Origin: an uncultured delta proteobacterium
GTDB lineage: Bacteria; Myxococcota_A; Polyangia; Polyangiales; Houyiibacteriaceae
Direction of reading: 5' to 3'
DNA: 64,000 bases
NCBI GenBank assembly: GCA_963817725.1
Contig: CAWFPD010000013.1
Coordinates: 255,006-319,005, forward strand
In this document: one piece after another, positions 7,406-16,081 of the stretch
Layout: each line of letters begins with the position of its first letter
How positions within the stretch are numbered: the first letter of the stretch is position 1
The notes under the pieces: generated by a model
What the model was told of the DNA's origin: nothing
The model's input: the letters and a program-made list of their open reading frames with translations, nothing else
Databases searched by the model: none
Translations under genes and position numbers: made by a program

Positions 7406-7915
7406 TCAGAGACTTCGCTTCTTGCCGCGCAACCCTCGCCGGCTGCCCTTGGGTCGCTTCGCCTTACCGAAGGATTTGCCGCCACGACCGCCGCCGTGAT
7501 CATCTGCGTATGCGTCGTCGCGGGCATACTCTCCGCGCCCATAGTCTTGGCCGCCCAGGTCTTGCCGCTCGAGCTCCGCGCGCCCGAGGTCATCCGCATG
7601 ACGTGGGCCGTTGCCAGCAAAGCGTCCGGCTGATGGTTTGAAATCACGCCGCGGACGAGGCGGACGGGGTCGATCTTCTGCAATGTCCAAGCGCAGGGCG
7701 CGTCCACCGACTTCCCTGCCATGCAGCTGCTCGACAGCCTGTTTGGCCTGCTCCTCGGACGCGAATCGGACGAACGCAAAGCCTCTTGGGCGGCCCGACT
7801 CGCGGTCTTTTGGAATGTGAACGTCCACGACTTCCCCAACCTCTCCGAACAACTGCCGAAGGTCTTCGTCCGTCGTTGCAAAGTTGAGGTTCCCTACGAA
7901 TATCTTGCTTGAGAT
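7406..7915 (-). CDS. RRM (RNP-type) RNA-binding protein with Gly/Arg/Lys-rich tail; probable ATC start
   Basis: RNP2 IFVGNLNF and RNP1 RGFAFVRF; in-frame TAA at 7921-7919, SD GGAG 6 nt before ATC 7915. Confidence 0.88.
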   Translation of the reverse strand: MSSKIFVGNLNFATTDEDLRQLFGEVGEVVDVHIPKDRESGRPRGFAFVRFASEEQAKQAVEQLHGREVGGRALRLDIAEDRPRPPRPRRDFKPSAGRFAGNGPRHADDLGRAELERQDLGGQDYGRGEYARDDAYADDHGGGRGGKSFGKAKRPKGSRRGLRGKKRSL

Positions 7916-7989
7916 GACTTACTCCGTTCTCCGATGTGCTGATCTCGCACGTTTTGGGTCCGAATCCAAGGACGATAGGGTAGCCCAAA

Positions 7990-8898
7990 TCAGTAGTGCC
8001 ATGGGAACTTCCGATAGTCCTGAGGCCGCTTTTCGAGGAAGGCGTCGCGTCCTTCCTGGGCCTCTTCGGTCCCATAGGCCAGTCTCGTGGCCTCGCCGGC
8101 GAAGATCTGCTGACCCACCAGCCCATCGTCGACCATGTTGAAGCCGAACTTCAGCATCCGCATTGCCGTAGGGCTCTTGGAATTGATCGCCGCGGCCCAC
8201 GAAAGGGAGAAATTCTCCAGCTCCGCGTGGGGTACCACCGCGTTGACCATGCCCATGGCAGCGGCCTCTTGTGCGCTGTAGTTGAGCCCCACGAAGAACA
8301 CCTCGCGTGCCTTCTTCTGCCCGACCTGCCGCGCGAGCAGGGCCGAACCGTAGCCACTGTCGAAGCTGGCTACATCGGGGTCGGTCTGTTTGAACAGCGC
8401 ATGCTCTTGACTGGCGATCGTCATGTCGCACACGACGTGCAGGCTGTGACCGCCGCCCACCGCCCATCCAGGCACCACGGCGATGACGATCTTGGGCATG
8501 AACCGGATGAGTCGCTGAACCTCGAGGATGTGCAAGCGGCCGAGCCTCGCCGCGTCGACCTGGCCTACGGCATCCGTTTCGTACTTGTACCCGTCCTTGC
8601 CTCGGATCCGCTGATCGCCGCCGGAGCAAAATGCCCAGCCCCCATCCTTGGGAGAGGGGCCGTTACCCGTGAGGAGTACGCAGCCCACGTCCGGGCTCTG
8701 ACGCGCATGATCGAGCGCTCGATAGAGATCGTCGACCGTGGCCGGCCGGAATGCGTTGCGCACTTCGGGCCGGTTGAAGGCGATGCGTACCGTGCCCTGA
8801 TCCTTGGCGCGGTGGTACGTGATGTCCTTCAGGTCGAAGCCCTCGACCTCGGTCCACTTGGACGCATCGAATATCTCGGAGACCATCGTCGTGCTCAT
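7990..8898 (-). CDS. menB: 1,4-dihydroxy-2-naphthoyl-CoA synthase
   Basis: FNRPEVRNAFRP, AFCSGGDQRIRG, GWAVGGGHSLHVVCD, SFDSGYGS, EAQEGRDAFLEKR. Confidence 0.95.
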   Translation of the reverse strand: MSTTMVSEIFDASKWTEVEGFDLKDITYHRAKDQGTVRIAFNRPEVRNAFRPATVDDLYRALDHARQSPDVGCVLLTGNGPSPKDGGWAFCSGGDQRIRGKDGYKYETDAVGQVDAARLGRLHILEVQRLIRFMPKIVIAVVPGWAVGGGHSLHVVCDMTIASQEHALFKQTDPDVASFDSGYGSALLARQVGQKKAREVFFVGLNYSAQEAAAMGMVNAVVPHAELENFSLSWAAAINSKSPTAMRMLKFGFNMVDDGLVGQQIFAGEATRLAYGTEEAQEGRDAFLEKRPQDYRKFPWHY

Positions 8899-9512
8899 TC
8901 CGTGAACTCGTTCAACACCGCCATGATGATACGCCCAAGAAGCGTCGCGACTTGCTGCCGCGAGAACTCCCCCTCGATCCACCGCTGGAGGATCTCCCCT
9001 GCGCCGGTCAACATCAGGTCCGCCAGCGCCATGGCCTCGGCATCGTCTACTCCGGTCAGCTCACGAAGTGGAATCAGCCAAGGTTGCACGAGCTGACGGC
9101 GGAATTCTCTGCTGATCTCACCGATTTCCTGATCGGGAGCAACCGACCGCAGCAGCTGCCAGCCGCCTGAGCCTCTCGCCTCGATCGTGTCACACGCCGC
9201 GTCGATGAACGCGCGTGCGATAGCCGCCACGTCTGCGTTTTCCTCGGTGTGCAGTACATCGGGTGCTCTGCTCATGAAATTTTCATGAAAATCTTCGAGA
9301 ACGCCTTTGATGAGCTCGTGGCGGTTCGGAAAGAACTTGTACACGACGGGACGCGTGATACCCGCCGCCGCAGCTACGTAAGGGATGCGCACGTTGTCCA
9401 CACCATCGGCGGCAATGATCTCGGACGTGACCCGTAGGAGCTGTTGCTGGCGGTCCTCGGGGCTGAGCCTGGTGCGGGAAGCGTCGCTTGGTCTGTCGCT
9501 GGATGAAGTCAT
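8895..9512 (-). CDS. TetR/AcrR family regulator
   Basis: N-terminal HTH: VRIPYVAAAAGITRPVVYKFFPNRHEL; ATGA coupling to menB. Confidence 0.9.
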   Translation of the reverse strand: MTSSSDRPSDASRTRLSPEDRQQQLLRVTSEIIAADGVDNVRIPYVAAAAGITRPVVYKFFPNRHELIKGVLEDFHENFMSRAPDVLHTEENADVAAIARAFIDAACDTIEARGSGGWQLLRSVAPDQEIGEISREFRRQLVQPWLIPLRELTGVDDAEAMALADLMLTGAGEILQRWIEGEFSRQQVATLLGRIIMAVLNEFTE

Positions 9513-9520
9513 GGGCTCAC

Positions 9521-9555
9521 AAAAAAGGGTGGCCTCCCAAAACAGAAGCCACCCC
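9521..9555 (-). terminator. Intrinsic terminator after SCP2 gene
   Basis: Minus strand GGGTGGC...GCCACCC hairpin followed by TTTTTT. Confidence 0.75.
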
Positions 9556-9579
9556 GATCGAGCACGACCGCCGGAAGGC

Positions 9580-9921
9580 TCAGTCTTGCGCCAAGTTCAT
9601 CACTTGCTGGAGGCTCATGGCGAGGGTCATGTCGCCGTCGATCTTGATCTTGCCGGACATGAAGGCCTGCATGGGATTGAGCGACCCATTGATCATGCCG
9701 AGCCAGTCTTCGGCCGATACGGTGATGGTCGCCCCCGGGCTGTCGTGCTTGCCCGTGCTGACGAACTCGCCGGTCTTTCCCTTCTTCAGGTCGAGGTTCC
9801 ACTCACCTCCGCCGTCGCCCGTGATGTTGAACTGGTAGACTGCATTGGGGGCTGTGGCCGCGTCGGTGTTTTCGGCGGCTCGCTTCTCAAACTTCTCGAA
9901 GAACTCAGCTACGGATTCCAT
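9580..9921 (-). CDS. SCP2 sterol/lipid-binding domain protein
   Basis: YQFNITGDGGGEW...TITVSAEDW...LNPMQAFMSGKIKIDGDMTLAM; SD AGAGG upstream of ATG 9921. Confidence 0.9.
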   Translation of the reverse strand: MESVAEFFEKFEKRAAENTDAATAPNAVYQFNITGDGGGEWNLDLKKGKTGEFVSTGKHDSPGATITVSAEDWLGMINGSLNPMQAFMSGKIKIDGDMTLAMSLQQVMNLAQD

Positions 9922-10060
9922 TGATATTGCCTCTCTTGTTGTGTTGACCCAGCGGTCATCGAGCGTTTCCACCCTCGATGGGTATGGCGCGCCGGGGAAA
10001 GTTGTAACCGAAATCACCTTGGGATGCACCTCTGGTCTGACAGCGAAAAACCCTGAGATT

Positions 10061-10255
10061 TCAATCTTCGGCGATGGACAGAGCCTGGACGGGGCAGATG
10101 TCCACTGCGTCCTGGGCGGCTTCGCGCAGCTCCTCGGGTGGGTTGGCGTTGAGGACCACGAGGGAGCCATCCGGGGCGAACTCGAATAGCTCTGGGGCAA
10201 CCCCGACGCACTGGCCGTGACCCGCACAGCGCTCCTTGTCGTGAACGATTCGCAT
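10061..10255 (-). CDS. Ferredoxin (3Fe-4S type, P450-partner-like)
   Basis: CAGHGQC...CPVQAL (CxxHxxC...CP), 64 aa. Confidence 0.88.
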   Translation of the reverse strand: MRIVHDKERCAGHGQCVGVAPELFEFAPDGSLVVLNANPPEELREAAQDAVDICPVQALSIAED

Positions 10256-10389
10256 CAGGCCGAAAATGTATACGAAACCGCCCCTGGCGCCAGTGATTTC
10301 TTCCGTCCTGAAACAAACCAGAAACGTCTGCCACATAAGCCGGAAACACCACACGTCTACGCTCTGCGCCACTTCAAGGAGGACCGGGG

Positions 10390-11622
10390 ATGGATGCGAT
10401 CAATCAGGCCGATACGGCGTGGCTCATGATTTCGTGTGCGCTCGTGATGCTGATGACGCCGGGGTTGGCGTTCTTCTACGGTGGCATGGTCAACCAGAAG
10501 AACGTGCTCTCGTCGTTCATGCACAGCTTCATCGCGCTGGGCATCATTACATTACAATGGGTGGTGATCGGGTATTCGCTCTCGTTCGGTGCCGACGCAG
10601 GCGGGGGCTTCATCGGCGGGCTCGAGTTTGCATTTCTGCACGGAGTCGGCCTCGAGCCTCAGGACGGATCGACCATTCCGCATCTTCTCTTCATGGCGTT
10701 CCAAATGATGTTCGCCATCATCACGCCAGCACTGATCTCGGGCGCCATTGCGGAGCGCATGAAGTTTTCCGCATATTTCTTGTTCATCTTCTTGTGGGCA
10801 ACGCTGGTCTATGACCCGATCTGTCACTGGGTCTGGGGTCCGGACGGGTGGCTCGGAGTAAGGGGCGCGCTCGATTTCGCGGGCGGTACCGTCGTCCACC
10901 TCTCGTCGGGCACAGCCGCGCTCATCTGTGCGATGGCTCTCGGGCCGCGTCGCCGTCCTGGGCCTCCCCACAATCTCACGCTCACCTTGATCGGTGCCGG
11001 CATGCTCTGGTTCGGCTGGTTCGGCTTCAATGCGGGAAGCGCGCTGGCATCGAACGCCAACGCTGCGCTCGCGCTCGTCAATACGCATCTGGCGGCCGGC
11101 GCGGCCGCGTTTTCGTGGGCGCTCGCAGAGTGGATCAAGCAGCGAAAGCCGACGGCACTCGGTGTGGCATCCGGCTTGGTAGCAGGTCTCGTTTGCATCA
11201 CACCGGCGGCTGGTTTCGTCAGCCCGATTTCGGCGGTGGTGATGGGTCTTGCGGCCGGGCTGGTTTGCTACGGGGCGGTCATGATGAAAGGAAAGCTAGG
11301 TTACGACGACGCACTCGATGCCTTCGGCATTCACGGCGTCGGTGGGGCACTCGGCGCCGTCTTGACCGGCGTGCTCGCAAGTGCGGCGTGGGGCGGCACC
11401 GACGGTCTCATCGGCGGCAACAGCCACCTCTTCGTCGAGAACGTGATCGGGGTGTTGGCCGCGGCCGCCTACTCGATGCTGGTGACCTTCGCGATCCTCA
11501 AGATTTTGGACGCCACGATCGGTCTTCGCGTCGCCAACTACCAAGAGCAGGAGGGTCTCGACACCAGCTTGCACGGCGAGGAGGGTTACCACTTGGGTGG
11601 GGCCGAAGGGCTCATGGACTAG
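10390..11622 (+). CDS. amtB: Ammonium transporter
   Basis: LMTPGLAFFYGG, FQMMFAIITPALISGA, DFAGGTVVH, WFGWFGFN, FGIHGVGG (twin His). Confidence 0.95.
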   Translation: MDAINQADTAWLMISCALVMLMTPGLAFFYGGMVNQKNVLSSFMHSFIALGIITLQWVVIGYSLSFGADAGGGFIGGLEFAFLHGVGLEPQDGSTIPHLLFMAFQMMFAIITPALISGAIAERMKFSAYFLFIFLWATLVYDPICHWVWGPDGWLGVRGALDFAGGTVVHLSSGTAALICAMALGPRRRPGPPHNLTLTLIGAGMLWFGWFGFNAGSALASNANAALALVNTHLAAGAAAFSWALAEWIKQRKPTALGVASGLVAGLVCITPAAGFVSPISAVVMGLAAGLVCYGAVMMKGKLGYDDALDAFGIHGVGGALGAVLTGVLASAAWGGTDGLIGGNSHLFVENVIGVLAAAAYSMLVTFAILKILDATIGLRVANYQEQEGLDTSLHGEEGYHLGGAEGLMD

Positions 11623-11681
11623 TCGCCACGGCGCGAGCATGGACGGTTGTCACTCGCCTGCCTCCGTCGTAGTGATTCCTC

Positions 11682-12095
11682 ATGGGTTTGGGCCGCTTCG
11701 TCTCCAGGCTGTTCGGGAGGAAGGAAACCTCTCACGTGCCCGTGCCCGTGCCCGAGGCCGAGGAGCGGGACTACACGCTCGCCGAGCTCTCCGGATTCGA
11801 TGGCTCCGAGCCACGCAAACCGCTTCTGATCGCCATCCGAGGGCATGTCTACGACGTGACCCGGGGGCGTGATTTCTATGGTCCCGGCGGACCCTATGGG
11901 ATGTTTGCCGGCAAGGACTGCACGCGTGCGCTCGCCAAGGTCTCGTTCGATCCGGAGGACTTCACGGGTGATCTCGAGGGTCTCGAACGGGACGAGCTGG
12001 ACAAGCTCGAGGAGTGGATCGATCTGTTCGAGGGAAAGTATCGCCGCGTGGGCTGCCTGATCGGGGACGTCGAGGTCGAAGCAGACCAACGGTGA
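11682..12095 (+). CDS. Cytochrome b5-like heme/steroid-binding protein (MAPR/PGRMC type)
   Basis: YTLAELSGFDG...IAIRGHVYDVTRGRDFYGPGGPYGMFAGKDCTRALA...KYRRVG. Confidence 0.88.
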   Translation: MGLGRFVSRLFGRKETSHVPVPVPEAEERDYTLAELSGFDGSEPRKPLLIAIRGHVYDVTRGRDFYGPGGPYGMFAGKDCTRALAKVSFDPEDFTGDLEGLERDELDKLEEWIDLFEGKYRRVGCLIGDVEVEADQR

Positions 12096-12205
12096 AGCGT
12101 CTGCCTCGCCGAGCACTGCAAGCGCCCATGCGGCGCCGCAGGGCCGTGCTGCACCGCCGCCGACGCCGCGTTGACCGGCATTGTACCGCGGCGCAGCATT
12201 CCACG

Positions 12206-13528
12206 GTGGACAACGAGAAGATCATCAACGAAGTCATGGGTGGAGGCTTGCGCGTTCTCAACCGTCTCGCGGATTCGTCGCTGATGGAGAAGTGGGGTTT
12301 GGAGCAGCGCACCCAACAGCTCGTGTACGAGGGCGCCAAGCGCGTAGCCGAAACGGCGGCGAAGGCGGCCAAGCGGCTCGCGCCCAAGCGCAGCGGTGCG
12401 CCGGGGAGGAGGGCGGCAAAGTTCGATCTGAGCCTGAGCGAAGAACAGCAGCTCATGCGGGATACGCTTCGGCGATTTGCAGATGACGAAATGCGTTCCG
12501 TTGCTCGCAAGGCCGACGATGATTCGGTCCCGCCCGATGATTTCCTCCGGGCATTTGAGGAGCTCGGCGCGATGGCCATGGCCGTCCCAGAATCGCTCGG
12601 AGGCACGGCTGAGGAGATGTCTGGTGTGTCGCAGATGCTCATGGCCGAGGACCTCGCGCGCGGGGACATGGGTCTGGCCTACGCGGCCCTTTCTCCTCTG
12701 TCCTTCGTCAGCGCGATTGCCCATTGGGGTGACCAAGCGCAGCGGTCGAGCTTGATTCCCGCGCTGGTCGACGGTCAGGTTGCCGCCGCCGTCGCAGTCC
12801 TGGAGCCTCAGCCCCTGTTCGATCCCTTCGCACTTCGCACGACGGCGAAAAAGCGAGGGACCGGGTACGTCCTCAATGGCGAGAAGTCCATGGTCGCCTT
12901 GGCCGATCGGGCGCAGTGGCTGCTAGTCGCTGCGACGCTCCCGAAGGCGGGGCCCCGGTTCTTCGTAGTGGAGCGAGATGCATCGGGCCTGGAGATCACG
13001 GAGGATCCTTCGATGGGCTTGCGGTCTGCTGGGCTCGGCCGCGTGAAGCTCGATGGTGTCCGCGTTGCGCGAGAGGCCATGGTCGGGGGTGAGGACGCGG
13101 CAAAGGAGGAGTGCGCTGCGGCCTTCGATGATGCGGTCAATCGCGCGCGCGTCGCGTGGGGCGCCATGGCACTGGGGGCTGCGCAGGCAGTGCTCGATTA
13201 CGCGATTCCATACTGCAACGACCGCGTGGCCTTCGGAGAGCCGATCTCTCATAGGCAATCGGTCGCCTTCATGATCGCGGACATGGCCGTCGAGATCGAA
13301 TCGATGCGCATGCTGGTCTACAGGGCCGCAGGCCGCATCGATGCCGGGCTTCCCTGCCGACGTGAAGCGTACCTTGCGCGCACGCTTTGCGGGGACAAAG
13401 CCATGGAAATCGGCACCAATGGCGTCCAGCTTCTGGGGGGCGCCGGTTTCGTCAAGGACCACCCGATGGAGCTTTGGTATCGCCATTTGCGAGCCATCAG
13501 CATCATGGATGGCAATCTACTAGTTTGA
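12206..13528 (+). CDS. Acyl-CoA dehydrogenase family protein (FadE24-like partner subunit)
   Basis: FDLSLSEEQQ, LNGEKS, R.AFGEPISHRQSVAF, GVQLLGGAGF; start approximate (GTG 12206). Confidence 0.85.
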   Translation: MDNEKIINEVMGGGLRVLNRLADSSLMEKWGLEQRTQQLVYEGAKRVAETAAKAAKRLAPKRSGAPGRRAAKFDLSLSEEQQLMRDTLRRFADDEMRSVARKADDDSVPPDDFLRAFEELGAMAMAVPESLGGTAEEMSGVSQMLMAEDLARGDMGLAYAALSPLSFVSAIAHWGDQAQRSSLIPALVDGQVAAAVAVLEPQPLFDPFALRTTAKKRGTGYVLNGEKSMVALADRAQWLLVAATLPKAGPRFFVVERDASGLEITEDPSMGLRSAGLGRVKLDGVRVAREAMVGGEDAAKEECAAAFDDAVNRARVAWGAMALGAAQAVLDYAIPYCNDRVAFGEPISHRQSVAFMIADMAVEIESMRMLVYRAAGRIDAGLPCRREAYLARTLCGDKAMEIGTNGVQLLGGAGFVKDHPMELWYRHLRAISIMDGNLLV

Positions 13529-13538
13529 ACGGATTCCC

Positions 13539-14747
13539 ATGATTTATCTCGAAGTTCCAAAGAGCTTGAAGCTCGTCGTCAACCAGGCCCATCAGGTGGC
13601 CAAGCACGTCTTCCGCCCGATCTCGCGGAAGTACGACCGCGCGGAGCACGAGTATCCGAAAGAGCTGGACCTGCTCGCTGCCCTGATGGACGGCCTGAGC
13701 GCGGGAGGCGGTCAGCGGGGCGCTGGCGTCAGTGCGGTGCAGCAAGAAGAGGAAGCGAGCGGCGGGATTCGGAACGGGGCCAACATGGCGACTTGCTTGG
13801 GACTCACCGAGCTTTGCTGGGGCGATGTCGGTCTCGCGCTTTCGATCCCGCGTCAGGGGCTCGGCAACGCGGCGATCACTGCGGTGGCCGATCCCGACCA
13901 GAAGAAGCGGTTCAAAGGAACCTGGGCTGCCATGGCGATCACCGAGCCCGGCGCGGGCTCCGATTCAGCCAACATTCGCACTACCGCTCGCCTCGATGGC
14001 GATGAATGGGTGTTGAACGGCGAAAAGATCTACGTCACCGCTGGAAGCAGGGCCGACTCCGTCGTGGTCTGGGCCACGCTGGACCGCAACCTCGGGCGGG
14101 CCGCGATCAAATCGTTCGTGGTGCCTCACGGGACGCCGGGCATGGAAGTGGTGAGGTTGGACAAGAAGATGGGCATACGCGCGTCGGATACCGCGAGCAT
14201 CACGCTCACCGACTGCCGTATTCCAAAGGAGAATCTCCTCGGCACCGCGGAAATCGACACCAAAGCCGGTTTTGGCGGCGTGATGCAGACCTTCGACAAC
14301 ACGCGCCCGATCGTGGCAGGGATGGCAGTCGGTGTGGCCCGCGCTGCTCTCGAGCAAACCCGAGAGCTTCTGGCGGAGGAGGGCATCGAGGTTCGATATC
14401 GCGGTTCGCTGTTCACAAAGAGCGCGGCGGAGGCAGAGCTCATCCGCATGGAAGCAGACTGGGAGGCGGGGCGGCTGCTCATGCTCAAGGCCGCCTGGAT
14501 GGCGGACAATGGCATTCCCAATTCGATGGAAGCCTCCATGTCCAAGGCCAAGGCCGCCCGTGTGGCCAACCAGATTACGCTCCGGTGCGTCGAGCTGTGT
14601 GGCGCGCTTGGCTACTCCGAGCACGAGCTGCTCGAGAAATGGGCCCGTGATTCCAAGATCCTCGACATCTTCGAAGGCACACAACAGATTCAATTGTTGA
14701 TCATCGCGCGCCGTCTCCTCGGCAAGCGCTCGAGCGAGCTTCGGTGA
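13539..14747 (+). CDS. Acyl-CoA dehydrogenase (FadE23-like)
   Basis: AMAITEPGAGSD, LNGEKIYVT, KMGIRASDT, ILDIFEGTQQIQ. Confidence 0.9.
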   Translation: MIYLEVPKSLKLVVNQAHQVAKHVFRPISRKYDRAEHEYPKELDLLAALMDGLSAGGGQRGAGVSAVQQEEEASGGIRNGANMATCLGLTELCWGDVGLALSIPRQGLGNAAITAVADPDQKKRFKGTWAAMAITEPGAGSDSANIRTTARLDGDEWVLNGEKIYVTAGSRADSVVVWATLDRNLGRAAIKSFVVPHGTPGMEVVRLDKKMGIRASDTASITLTDCRIPKENLLGTAEIDTKAGFGGVMQTFDNTRPIVAGMAVGVARAALEQTRELLAEEGIEVRYRGSLFTKSAAEAELIRMEADWEAGRLLMLKAAWMADNGIPNSMEASMSKAKAARVANQITLRCVELCGALGYSEHELLEKWARDSKILDIFEGTQQIQLLIIARRLLGKRSSELR

Positions 14748-14757
14748 GGCGGCCGTC

Positions 14758-15180
14758 GTGGAGATCAACGGCATTGCACACACCTTCGTGACCGTCGCCG
14801 ATTTCGATCGTGCGCGAGCGTTCTACGGCAAGCTCCTCCCGTTTTTGGGCCTCCGCAGCGTCATGGACATTCCCGGCACGTACTACTGCGTGGGGGGTCG
14901 CACCGCCTTCGCCATCAGGGAGGCGCCTCCAGGGCACAGGCAGGAGCGCTTCGACCAAAACCGCGTCGGCCTCCATCACATCTGCTTCCGCGCGCGGTCG
15001 CGCGAGGACGTCGACGCAGCATACGAATTCGTAACGAGCTTAGGCGCCAAAATCGTGCACGGTCCCGAGGAAGCCATCTGGGCGCCCGGGTACTACTCGA
15101 TCTTGTTCGAGGATCCGGACGGGATTCGATTGGAGATCAACTTCGTACCGGGCAAGGGGCTGCTCGAGCAGCGCACGTAA
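14758..15180 (+). CDS. VOC/glyoxalase family protein
   Basis: IAHTFVTVADFDRARAFY...GLHHICFRA...FEDPDGIRLEI. Confidence 0.88.
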   Translation: MEINGIAHTFVTVADFDRARAFYGKLLPFLGLRSVMDIPGTYYCVGGRTAFAIREAPPGHRQERFDQNRVGLHHICFRARSREDVDAAYEFVTSLGAKIVHGPEEAIWAPGYYSILFEDPDGIRLEINFVPGKGLLEQRT

Positions 15181-15224
15181 GATTACCTAGCGCGCGGGCG
15201 TCACTCCCAGCGCCAGCGCCGGCG

Positions 15225-16004
15225 TCATCGACCGTGGAGCCAGTAGCGACCGTTGGCCGAGCCTACGTTGCATGGATAGTCGTAGAGGTCGCTCAGCCGA
15301 TCTTCGGTGAGGACCTCGTCGAGAGTGCCTGCGGCGAGGGGGCGTCCATTTTTGAGCAGCAGTGCGTGCGTGCCGTGCGCGGGAATTTCTTCGACGTGAT
15401 GGCTGACCAAAATGAGCGTCGGACCGTTGGGCTCGGCGCAAAGCAGGTCGACGTCGGCGATCAATCGCTCCCGCGCGCCCGGGTCCAGACCGGCGCACGG
15501 CTCGTCGAGGATCAACAGCTCGGGGCTCGTGATGAGCGCGCGTGCGATCATCACTCGTTGCTTTTCTCCCTGCGAGAGCACACCGTAGCGTTTGTCCCGG
15601 AACGCGTGTGCTCCGATGCTCTGCAGGGCGCCTTCGGCGCGGTCTAGGTCTGTATCGCTGAGCGCATGCCAGCCCCCAATGGTCGCGTGGATCCCTGTCG
15701 CTGCGACCTCCCGCGCCGTTTGCCGAGCCGGGAGCCAAGAAAAAAGCGAGGAGCTGACCCAGCCGATTCGTTCCTTGAGCGCCCGCATGTCGCATCTTCC
15801 GTAGGTCTGCCCGAGGACGGCCACCCGACCGCGACTGGGCCATTCGTAGCCCGCTACGATCGAAAGGAGCGAGGTTTTGCCTGATCCATTGGGTCCGAGG
15901 ACCGCCCAGTGCTGGCCGCGGAGCACCTTCCAACGAACATCGCGCAAGATGTCGGTCCCGTCGCGGGTGAAGCGTTCGACGTGCAGATCGAGGATTGGAC
16001 CCAC
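15225..16004 (-). CDS. ABC transporter ATP-binding protein (ModF-like, orphan)
   Basis: GPNGSGKT, LSQGEKQRV, ILDEP, SHH. Confidence 0.9.
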   Translation of the reverse strand: MGPILDLHVERFTRDGTDILRDVRWKVLRGQHWAVLGPNGSGKTSLLSIVAGYEWPSRGRVAVLGQTYGRCDMRALKERIGWVSSSLFSWLPARQTAREVAATGIHATIGGWHALSDTDLDRAEGALQSIGAHAFRDKRYGVLSQGEKQRVMIARALITSPELLILDEPCAGLDPGARERLIADVDLLCAEPNGPTLILVSHHVEEIPAHGTHALLLKNGRPLAAGTLDEVLTEDRLSDLYDYPCNVGSANGRYWLHGR

Positions 16005-16081
16005 CGCCGAAACCTAGCATCCCCGGCTTGATGCGTCGTTGTAGCTTGATGCCGCAGCCGATGTGCGCTCCAATCCCGGCC

